DNA of 64,000 nucleotides from Eledone cirrhosa (taxonomy: Eukaryota), in the NCBI GenBank assembly GCA_964016885.1, contig OZ024740.1, positions 335,606,001 to 335,670,000 on the forward strand, written 5' to 3'. How positions within the stretch are numbered: the first letter of the stretch is position 1; each line of letters starts with the position of its first letter. The notes beneath the pieces are model-generated. The model made no database searches. It had not been told where the DNA came from and was given only the letters and a program-made list of their open reading frames with translations. A program made the translations under genes and the position numbers. This document shows, one piece after another, positions 53,157 to 64,000 of this stretch.

Positions 53157-54848
53157 TCAGGCCGGGGGGAGTGTGGGTCTGTAAAATGAAGATAGTTCGT
53201 TGTTCGACCCTAAGGCGATTGGAGAGTGTTCCGTGGCACTGGAGTAGGCCACAGACTGTGAGATGGCGTGCGGAATGTCCAGGGCCACCAAAGTGGCGGG
53301 CGATGGAGGAACTACCCCCGAGACGAATATCCCGGAGGTGCTCAGTGAATCGGTCCGCCAGGCGACGTCCCGTCTGTCCGACATAAGTCCGTAGACTAGG
53401 TTGGAGGAGGTGCAGCGGAAGGCATGCCGGACAGAGAGAGAGTGGCCGTTGGGACCCTGGAAGGTGGTGGTGTTGGTGATGTTGGGACAGGTGTTGCAGC
53501 GGGGCCTAGAACAGGGAAAGGAACTGTGGTGGGGAAACAGAGCGTGGGTTGGGGGGTAGGGAGCTGTGGACGAGGAAGGTGCGGAGATTGCGTGCGCGTT
53601 TGAAGGAGGGGAGTGGTGGGGTTGGGAAGATGTGGGAGGTGAAGGGGTCGGACTGGAGGCGTCGGAAGAGGCGGCAGATGGTGCGGTGGAGGGGTAATGT
53701 GGAGGGGTGGTAGGTGATGGGGAAGGGGAGACGGTGGGTGGGTGTGCGGTGGCGTGGGGTGAGGGTGGTGGAGCGGGGGACAGCACGGGCGCGGGTGAGA
53801 GCGGTGTGGACGAGAGGGGGGGTAACCTCTGCGGATGAAATGGCTGACTAGGGAAAGGGCCTGGGACTCAAAGTCAGCATCTCGGCTACAGAGGCGACGG
53901 ATCCTGAGAAGTTGCGAGTAGGGAATGGAGTGTTTAGTGTGGGTGGGGTGGGAAGAGGTGAAGTTGAGATAAGAGTGGGAGTCGGTGGGTTTGAAGAAGG
54001 CGGAGGTGACGAGAGAGTGGTGGGAGGGGTCGAAGGCGACGGAGATGTCTAAGAAGTGGACGTGGGTGGTGGAGATAGAGGTGGTGAAGTGGAGGGAGGG
54101 GTGGAAGGAACAGAAGAAGGAGAGAAAGGAGTCGAGCTGTTCTCGGGTGAGGGTTGTGGCTCCGATACAGTCGTCAATGTAACGACCGTACAGTTCGGGC
54201 GTGGGGCCGGTGTACTGAGCAAAGATTTGGGCCTCAACATGGCCAACAAAAAGGTTGGCATAGTTCGGGCCCATTCTTGTACCCATGGCTACCCCGTGAC
54301 CTGTTGGTAAAACTCACCCGAGAAGGAGAAACAATTCAGGGTGAGGACCAGCTCGGCGAGGCGAAGGAGGGTGGGGGTGGAGGGAATGGGGGAGAGGCGA
54401 AGGTCGAGGTAGTGTTTGAGGGCGCGTAGGCCGTCGGCGTGGGGGATGACGGTATAGAGGGACTTGATGTCTAGGGTGAAGATGAAGGGCTGTGGGCCGG
54501 GTGGGTAGGTGAAGGAGTCGAAAAGGCGCAGGGCGTGGTTGGTGTCGGAGATGTGGGAGGGGAGGGTGGTGACAAGGGGGGCGAGGATGGAGTCGAGAAA
54601 GGCGGAGATGAGTTTGGTGGGGCAGTTGCAAGCGGAGACGATGGGGCGGCCGGGGTTGTCGGGTTTGTGGAGTTTGGGGAGGAAGTAGATGGTGGGGGTG
54701 CGGGGGGTGCGGACGATGAGGTGGGAAGCGGTGGGGGGGAGGAGGGAGGAGGCGATAAGGTCTTTGATGGTGGAGGAGACTTGTTGTTGGTAGAGGGGGG
54801 TGGGATCGGAGGGTAGATGGCGGTAAAAGAAGGGGTTACAGAGCTGCA
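53157..54848 (-). pseudogene. PLE RT plus GIY-YIG ORF, frameshifted
   Basis: YFLPKLHK..PGRPIVS, DIKSLYTVIP, AMGTRMGPNYANLF, RYIDD, FLDI, FKPTDSHSYL..SSHP, CSRPRCNTC, FRCTSSNLVY. Confidence 0.9.
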
Positions 54849-54916
54849 TATTTATATATATATATAAAGAATGAATAATAACAGGTAGACATCATAAAAA
54901 GGTAATTTATTCCGAG

Positions 54917-55029
54917 TGCTTACAAATGTTTCAGCAGTAGTTATACAGCCTAGTAATGCTATGTGCAAATTGGTAGTTATTTGCAGAAACTCAATTTTCA
55001 AATGCTGCTTCTACCGTTTCCTCAGAGCA
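54917..55029 (-). ncRNA. type-I hammerhead ribozyme with an enlarged stem II, in a ~300-nt TA-flanked unit (54865-55166)
   Basis: Minus strand tgct-CTGAGGA-(~85 nt including agcag/ctgct)-GAAAC-ATTT-GTA-agca, then AATAAA. Confidence 0.7.
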
Positions 55030-55167
55030 GAATGGTAGATCAGAAACAGAAGGATCAGAAACTGAGTTTCTTCAACTATTCTTCCATCACCGTACGTCAA
55101 CTCTATCTAGTGTAGTAATTAACCATTACCGCATTCAGGATAATCCTAAGCATTTCTTGCATAACCT

Positions 55168-55258
<91 letters not shown>

Positions 55259-56036
55259 GAGAGAGAGAGAGAGAAGTAGTTCTACAAGAGTTAGTACTTC
55301 ATTTTCGAGTACTTCATATATATATATATAAATGGTCGTAGGCAACGCCACAGCAAGATCGCAGACTTATTAGGGAAACCAGCAAAACAATAGTTAAATA
55401 AACGAATAACGACGACAAATACAATCATTTCTTATTTATAGTCAATTGAATAGGGAAGAAGTTGTGAGTGATATTTAATCTTCTGTCTATGAAAAATAAT
55501 ACAATCTTTCCGATATTTGCAATACTTTTTCTGGATATAATTGCTGTTCTTGATGTCGTTGTTGTTTCTGTTATTGTTACCGTTATTATCCTTGTTTTAA
55601 TGTTATTACTGATTTAGCTAACATTTATTGGTGTCGACTAGGTGAACGATGGAAGTTTAGATTAAAAGAGATATTAAAAGAATCAATTTAATAATCTCAG
55701 TAGATTACACGTACTTAGGTTACAGTCTAGAGTAATGTAGGGAGAGATATTATGAACCATAATAATACACTATGTGAGTTTATTTGTATGCATATATATA
55801 TAATTTATACACACACACAGGCTCACTAATACACACATAACGTGTTTCCTATCTCTTTTAGAGTTCTACAATATGATAATAGAAAAGGATTCATTTGACA
55901 CTGGTATACAATAATTTATCTTTGATGAATAAAATATCAGTTTGGAGTGTAAAATCATGTATGTATAAAATATTACGTCATTGAGTATATATATATGTGT
56001 GTATGTGTGTGTGAGTGTGTGTGTACGTGAGTGTAT

Positions 56037-56390
56037 ATCACCATCATCATCATTTAATGTCCCTCGGCCCAGCTTGCAAGCTTTGGTGGTTCGTCAGGAC
56101 CTAATCGATAGCACAGACCTCTCAGGCGTGCCTTGTATCGGGACATGATTACATACATTTCCGCCCTTAACATAACACATTAGGTGTATTTTAACGTGGC
56201 ACCACCACTAAGGAGGTTGTCATGTCTTTAACATAACTGAAGAGGCCTCTCGACACTGTTTGACAAGTTTTCTAAGATAGGATATCTTTCATAACACCAA
56301 ACATTTTAGAGGGTGTAATGGATGCATTTTTCTTGACACTAGTGTTAAATCGTTCGTCGGTCATTGACTCAACTAAAGAACCCTCTCTAT
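56037..56390 (-). mobile_element. probable SINE/LINE 3' fragment with an (ATG)n tail
   Basis: catcatcatcatttaatgtcc terminus followed by a higher-GC body. Family not identified. Confidence 0.35.
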
Positions 56391-59300
56391 TCAATGTACA
56401 TAGCACCACTGATGACCTGTCTCTAGTGAATCATGTTTAGGAGAGGGAGGGAAATCATAACGGATTACCAGAACGATACCAAAGGTGAGTGACAACAGCG
56501 GAAGATAAATGACAAATATGGTGTGGTCGAATTTAACATGGTGGAGATAGAACAATACAAATGAAATGAAAAACAGCAAAAATGGAAAGGAGAAAAGGGA
56601 AAGAAGAAAAGGAACGAAAAGAAGAAAATATAAAGAAAAAGATAAAAAAGAATTTGTTTTTTTATATGCCACCATAGCCTGTTCCGATATACTATAAACG
56701 TATACAAATGTGTTAGAAAACGTGAGTATGGACAAAATGTGATATAAAAACACGGCGAGACTAAAGACCGTATACAACATACTGAGATATGTTAATCATA
56801 TTTTTCTTAATTTCATATTATTATTAAAAGCAATCTATAAACAAAAATACAATCATCTATTAATATTTCATTTGCTATAAGAAATCATAAAGATGGAAGC
56901 TGGTTTTATGCTGAACGTTCTGTTTGGCTTCTGTTCTAAAGTGGATAATGTCAAACAGTGTTTACCTAGTTCATAAGAGTTTGAAGTCATTGTAAAGAGA
57001 GAGCGAGAAAAAGAGAGAGAGAGAGAGAGATTAAACAGCGTGTGCGTTAACCGGTGATTGCAACGTTTTGGATTATGATTTCTTTTATTCTGCCCAACAG
57101 CAAGATGTGTCTCTCTCTTTTTTTTTTTTTCTTTTGTTTCGTGAGGGTAAAGAAGAACTACTACGTAGATTTGGTTTTTATATTGCCGTAGCCATATCTC
57201 TAAGTGTCCAATACTCTAATGGAGATCGTACCTAAGCATTACAAACATCACCTGCTAAATAGGACTACCGGGTTTTGGGGGTGTTAAGAGGAGGCCTGAC
57301 TTTCGGAATTCAGAAATATATTAAGCCTTTATAAATTCTTTTCATAATCACATTATTACATATAAGGTTTGCTTGAAGAGTCTGTACGCAGCTGAAAAAT
57401 AAATTACCCATCATATTCACTTATCAGAGGGCTTCGAAACAGCTCGCTTTTGATGATGTTCAATATTCCATCATTTCCTGCTTTCCGTATTACACCGTTG
57501 ATATCCATATTAATGTGAATTTATATCTCATTGTTTTGTTTTGTTTTTTCTGGGTCCCATCTTTTATGTCAGCGCTTTCTTCAAATGGCAATTGACCGAA
57601 GCTGTGCGAAGATTTTCGCTTGTGTCATTAAGGTATTTTAAGATTTATTCAACATTATTTTCTACATTCAACTTTTTGTGGAGCATGAAAAATCATCTGA
57701 GAGGTTGGCAGCTTTTATACAATCGCGGCCATTATATTCGCATATTTTCAAAATGATATTAAATAAACAAATTTGAAACTATTTCTAGCAGGTCAAACAA
57801 CTGCGTAAATGTTCTTTTCTTGACTTATCTATGAAAGATGTTCATAGCATAATTGACGTAGTATTTTCAATTAAGAGCTGGGGTTCATCTTTCATGCTTA
57901 TGAATATGACACACGTCGAAAAGGAAAAAGCAAACATTTTAAATGTACTCCACATTACCGAACAGTAGTGATATGTGGGGATCTGGCAATAACACATTAC
58001 AGCTCACTTCCATATTTGTAAAACTATATGTAGTTAATTTTATTGATTCTTAGCCCCACGTTTTCTGGGTGTGCTGGATTTGCGCCGACGTGCACTGTTC
58101 AAAATAATGAGCACTTCGTCTATATTCAGACACACTATAATGCCATGATCTTAGATAAAAACAATATACCATAAGTACTATATTATTACTGAGGAAAAAT
58201 CCTGAAACTATTAAGAGATATTTTGCACGTCTCTCTATGCTAGTGCCATTTTTATTTCCCTACTTCACTATATTTCTTGGCGTAATAGCCATTTTAGTCA
58301 TCAAATTCTTTTGAAAGCAAACTATTCTACAACGCTTCAGTCTAAAACAAACTATTGTACAACGCTACAGCTTAATGCAGAATAGCAGTATGTGATTGTT
58401 GGCCTTTAACATCTAAGTATACGGGAAATTATTCATGTAAGAAATCTTTATGAAGCAACAAGGTGGATCATTATAGTCTTAAAACAATAATATCCAACAT
58501 CGAAATGAATGGTGCTAGGTTTGTGAATTATATACAATTACGATTATTCAAGCTTGCAATTTCTTACTCTTTTTAGATCCAAGAAGGTTCTTCTTCATCA
58601 CAAAGCTGATATATTTCCCAATGCAACTGGCTTATCTCTCTAATATTGTAATTTTCCATTACTAGATATCTAAAAGACAATATTTCCCTGTGTTTCTCTA
58701 TTTAATAAATGTTGTAAAATGCATTCGTTGATTCACACTCTTATTATGTAGTGAACACGTCAAAGATATGATTTTATTACAACTCCCTAGATATTTGCTA
58801 AATCACATTTAACTCGAACGATGGCGTTTGAAATCCAATCTCATAAGTTAATACTACACAAGTGATGAAAATGGAAAGCTTTAAAAGCCTTGACCTGTTG
58901 CTATATAAGTTCAATGATTCTCAACTGTATGTTTACAGTTTACAATCATTGTTAGATAAAAAAAAATTGGATCGATAAAAGCTGATGGTAGTCTTCAGAG
59001 ATTTGTTATACGATTTCCAGAACCGATGTGTCAGATTATGCAATACACTATCAATAGCTTCCAATGGAGAAGCATTGTTATAATTATGCCAGAGAAAGCA
59101 ATTCAGTTTCTACTAAATTAAATAAAGTTTTACCAAACATGTATTTTTCAGTAGGTTTCAATTATAGAATCATATTTAGATAATTTCCTTTGTTCCATCT
59201 AAAACATAAACCTTCTCAAATCAAAACCCTAAAAGTTCATAGCATTCTCCTGATAGTAAGGAACACCTCCTTAACATTTACATGTTTAATATAATTCGTA

Positions 59301-59874
59301 AAATAACCTATGGTCTTCTGCCATGAGGAGAGTTGGGTTGCGAGGTTTAGAGAAATGGAGCTCTACAAAGAAACGAGAATTGTGTGGGATGCACTTCTGT
59401 TTTTACTGCAAAACATTTTTCTTTTATTGGATAAGGATATCCACACCCTTTCCCTGGACATAAGAACACCATTTTCACCATGGTACACATACTTCTTATT
59501 TTAATGTTTCCAGTCATACAACGACCATGCTGTAGCAACATCTTCCTAGGTTTTTATATCCATTCGAACATTTATACGGTAGTTGTTTTAATTAATATTC
59601 ATCGAATCACAAAATTAAGTTTTCTTTACTTTTAGTCATAAAGGGAAAGATAATGCCAAAGACTGCTGGGTAGGAAGTGCCTTGAAACCAAGAGTCTTCC
59701 CAACTTCTTGTACCAGAGTGGACTCCACTAAAGGCAACCGAGACCCAGTTGATGCTATTAAAATGGATAGAATTGAATACAGAGCGCAAAGGCTCGGAAC
59801 AGATGCCGTCCGAATATCTAACGGTGTTGCCAGACCATCCATCACCCTAGACCTGTACTTTAACCCCCTTAACC

Positions 59875-59957
59875 ACTGCGGGATTTGAACTCAGAACGCA
59901 AAGATTTAGAAAACTATCACAAGGCGTTTCGTCCGAAGCTCTAACGATTCTGTCAAA
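59875..59957 (-). mobile_element. SINE 5' fragment
   Basis: gcgggatttgaactcagaacg (B-box reverse complement) .. ctctaacgattctg. Confidence 0.6.
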
Positions 59958-61844
59958 TCTGGTGATTCAAATATAGTAGATCGCCGTGCTCAAAACTTCA
60001 TGGTATATATTTTAATTTAGTTACGTTCTAGCAGCGAGAGAAATGCCAGCTATGTAATAGGACTATATTCAATTGATTTTACAGCTACATTATACATTAT
60101 TTATTTAAGGACATTAAGAAAAATCAGGGTTTATTTTACTTCCCGCTACTGTATGTGTATGTAAATAGAAACATTGTATTATATCCCTGAAAACATAGAA
60201 CTGTCTTAGTAATAACTGCTACATGACACATTTAATCTATAGAAGAAATTTGCATCTAGGTTTAACTATGCCTTAGGAATTCTAAATGGCAGTATCTTTT
60301 ACATCGGCATTATTTGAATATATACCACAGATTCTTGAGTGATAGTTGTTATCGTGCTTGTGGTCGTTTTTATTATTATTTGTTGAAAATTGTAACAGTT
60401 TTATCAAATCTCCTCCTGCGGTATTTTTTCTATTCTGGATTACCTTCAAATACCTTATAATCCCTCTATATCCTTTATATTCGTTATACAATTCTATTAT
60501 TCACACGTCTAAATTCCAAAGGAAATGTCATTCGAGAAGAGATTATATTATTTCTCACTTGTGTTCGTTTTTTCCTTCATATAATGTCGAAGTTATTTTA
60601 AGTCTATTCACAACTGTTATAAAGTTGTTCACTTTTATCTTTGTGCTATAGTATTTGCATCTCGATACAAACCAGTAATAATTGTGTATACAATGTGTAT
60701 GAATATAAATGCCATTCAATGTTTTTCTAATTAGCAAATATTCAGGAAAACTACTTTTTGAAGTAACCACAAAAAAAACTAGTAACATTATTTTTTTACA
60801 AATTAAGTATGAATGTTATATATCTGTATGTATGTTCTTTGAATGGGGGCATAAATAAACATTAGAAATAAAATATTAGTTGGGAATGAAGAGGAAAACG
60901 AAATAAATGTCAAGGAATCTATTCGAAATGCAAAAATATTAGCATGAAAATGTTAAGAAAAGAGCAAGAATTCCTATTATAGATTGGCATGAGGATAACA
61001 ATAAAACCGAAGCTAATATTACGTAACGTGTGATATGAGAAAAAGAGACATCTTTGATAAAATACCAAAGGTTCTAGAGTTTATAGTTTCAAGCATTTTG
61101 TTAAATGCTGTATTTTGTTTGGTTAATGCTGTCAAAATCAGTAAGATTTATTGGAAAATCTTTATACACATACTGTTATAAGATACATCTTCACAAATAT
61201 TCTATCGATTTATCATCTTTTACTTTTCAACTTTTTGGGTGAAATCATGCAATGTTTAGCTGACGTACGTGAATAGGATATGTATCATACAAAACAAAAT
61301 TGCCTTCAATATATTTCAGCTTTAATATTGATTTCTAACTTTAACTCAGAGCTGCGCATTTGAATGAATGTATGTAGTTAATATATTTTACTTCAGAACT
61401 CGATTGATACATATTTTATAGACCCATTAATTGGGAATACTAAGGTGAACTCCAGTGCGATTTTAACAAAGACTGGCCCTTAATATAGCATTTAAATAGC
61501 TTTTTTGATAACATCTCTTTAGGTAGGGTATACAGAAATATTCACGTAATTTCCCTCTCAGAAATGTACTTCATTTGACGGGCTCCTTTGTATTATGAGT
61601 TTAACTCCATATCTGAAAAGCAGAAACTTACCTGCATTAAGTTTATTCCCCATAATTCGTTTATAAAAACAACCTCCCAACTATTTATTCCCATTTGGTA
61701 CAGCCTTATTAGACATGTCCGGGATCGTGACTTCATGCCTGCAGAAATACTCTTCCGGACTAGTGTAGTCCTATTGGTTCCCCAAATATGAAGCCTTATT
61801 CAACAAAATAGACTTTAACCTAGAATGGCAGGTACAGACTTTGT

Positions 61845-62112
61845 GGAAGCGCGTGGCCTAATGGTGAGGGTGTTGAGCTTACAATCATAATACCGTATGT
61901 TTGATTCCTGGGCTACGTTGTGTTCAGCAAAATACTTCCTTTCATGCTGCTCCAGTATACTTAGCTGAAAATACCAGCAATAGCCGCGGGTTTAACCCTG
62001 CGATGGACTGGCGTCCTGACTAGGGGTGAGTCTTGTACTCTCCTTCGCTTCACGCATTGAAACCAGGATAAGCACCGGCCTAATGAACATTAACTAGCTT
62101 AAGACAGACTTT
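61845..62112 (+). mobile_element. tRNA-derived SINE with a V/Meta-like central domain
   Basis: A-box gcgtggcctaatggt, B-box-like gtttgattcct, core aaccctgcgatggactggcgtcc, gaaaccaggataagcaccggcc. Confidence 0.65.
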
Positions 62113-63138
62113 AGACAGTAAATAAACTGTTTTGACATAAAAACTCTTTCTATAACAGGTTAATTGTTAAATATTTATCAAGGTAATTCTTCAATCATAA
62201 TTTTCCTTAAGTACTCAGGTGAACATGTAATTAACTACACTCTCAGTGAATGTAGAAATCGAGGGAAAATAAAAATTGAATACCTTGTAAGATTTTTAAC
62301 TCAGAGCAAAGAGATGTATGAAATTAAATACTAAAACTCATATAGTTCGGTGCTCTACTGCGGGTACCGTTGCACACTGATGATTGAAGCATATATATTA
62401 CCTATTTTATTGGAAAGCGGCAAATGGAACAAAACTATTCATCTATCATTTAACCTCTTGTTTCAAAACCAGTTCTAGATGATATCATTCTTCCGCATCT
62501 TATTTAATGCAACAAAGAAACCAATGCAGATCGTAGAAAATATATTCAAATGGTTATATGCAGAATCAAAAAAAAATCATAAATACTGGTATTTCAGTGA
62601 AATATTAATATAACCAAAATTCTTATAAAAATAGAATTCTGTAATAAAAAAGATATTCGCTAAACTCAACCAACATACAAACAAACAAAAATATCGTTTT
62701 TCATTCTATATTAGTCTGAAAAGGCATAAAGAAATTATAAATTAGAAATACATAAAAAAAACTGGCGATGTCAAAGACATTAAAATTGCATTAGAATTAC
62801 ATTAAATTTCCTGGACAAAATTACTTAGCCATGTTTTTTAAATTGCAAATTTGTTGAAAGTTCGAATCGTTATATTTTCTTTACTTTTTTTACTAATATA
62901 TTACCGGTCTGAGTGGAGAAGAAAAACAATAAGAGAGAGGTGAAAGGGAGAGGGGGTGTTTGTGTGAATGTATGCGTGAGAGTGTGTGCACACGAGGGTA
63001 TGGATGTGTTAGAAAAGATTTAGTATTGATTGAGAATTAAAACGTTTGCATTTGACAGCAATGCGTATCGCTTTGTAATACAACCAATTCAAATATATCA
63101 CTTCCTCTCTCTCTCTCTTTCTCCCACTTCTCTGCAGA

Positions 63139-63676
<538 letters not shown>

Positions 63677-63956
63677 TCACATTACCCAGCAACACAATAC
63701 ATGTCTAAACTAGCCAAAATACATCATATATAATACAGTTACAATTTAAATAACATTAAATTTTGTAATGTACTGGGTAATTTCTGGCCTTGTGCCAATA
63801 GTAGAAACAATTAAATTTTATACTACAACAGAAATTATCCTTTGTACCGGGTACTTTTCAATGGGGATATTAGTTCATACAGTGTTAACGGAATGCTACG
63901 ATATATATCACTTTTCCTTAGGCAACTAGATATAAACATACATATACATATATATA

Positions 63957-64000
<44 letters not shown>

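Larger units (their letters stand above)
51508..54848 (-). mobile_element. Penelope-like element (Neptune-like), 5'-truncated, in (TA)n
   Basis: RT, Cys linker and GIY-YIG remnants, ~1.5-kb C/A-rich 3' UTR, and a pLTR with HHR and AATAAA. Confidence 0.9.

Overview
Eukaryotic, AT-rich, microsatellite-dense intergenic or intronic DNA. The SINE and microsatellite landscape suggests an octopus/cephalopod genome, which is an inference. No intact host protein-coding gene is supported. The window holds three Tx1/L1-clade LINEs (two head-to-tail in (ATT)n), four divergent Penelope-like element (PLE) remnants with RT and/or GIY-YIG, RTE-LINE fragments, tRNA-derived SINEs, non-autonomous Helitrons and a Tc1/mariner MITE. 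The most striking signal is more than a dozen type-I hammerhead ribozyme (HHR) motifs, intact, degenerate or half. They sit in PLE pseudo-LTRs and in several unrelated small non-coding elements, mostly embedded in or next to (TA)n. Many of these elements are fold-back palindromes whose axis lies just upstream of the HHR GAAAC box, so the CUGANGA half is replaced by an inverted copy of the 3' half. This looks like a diverse, TA-targeted, PLE-mobilised retrozyme-like system. Coordinates were read by eye and may be off by a few bases.
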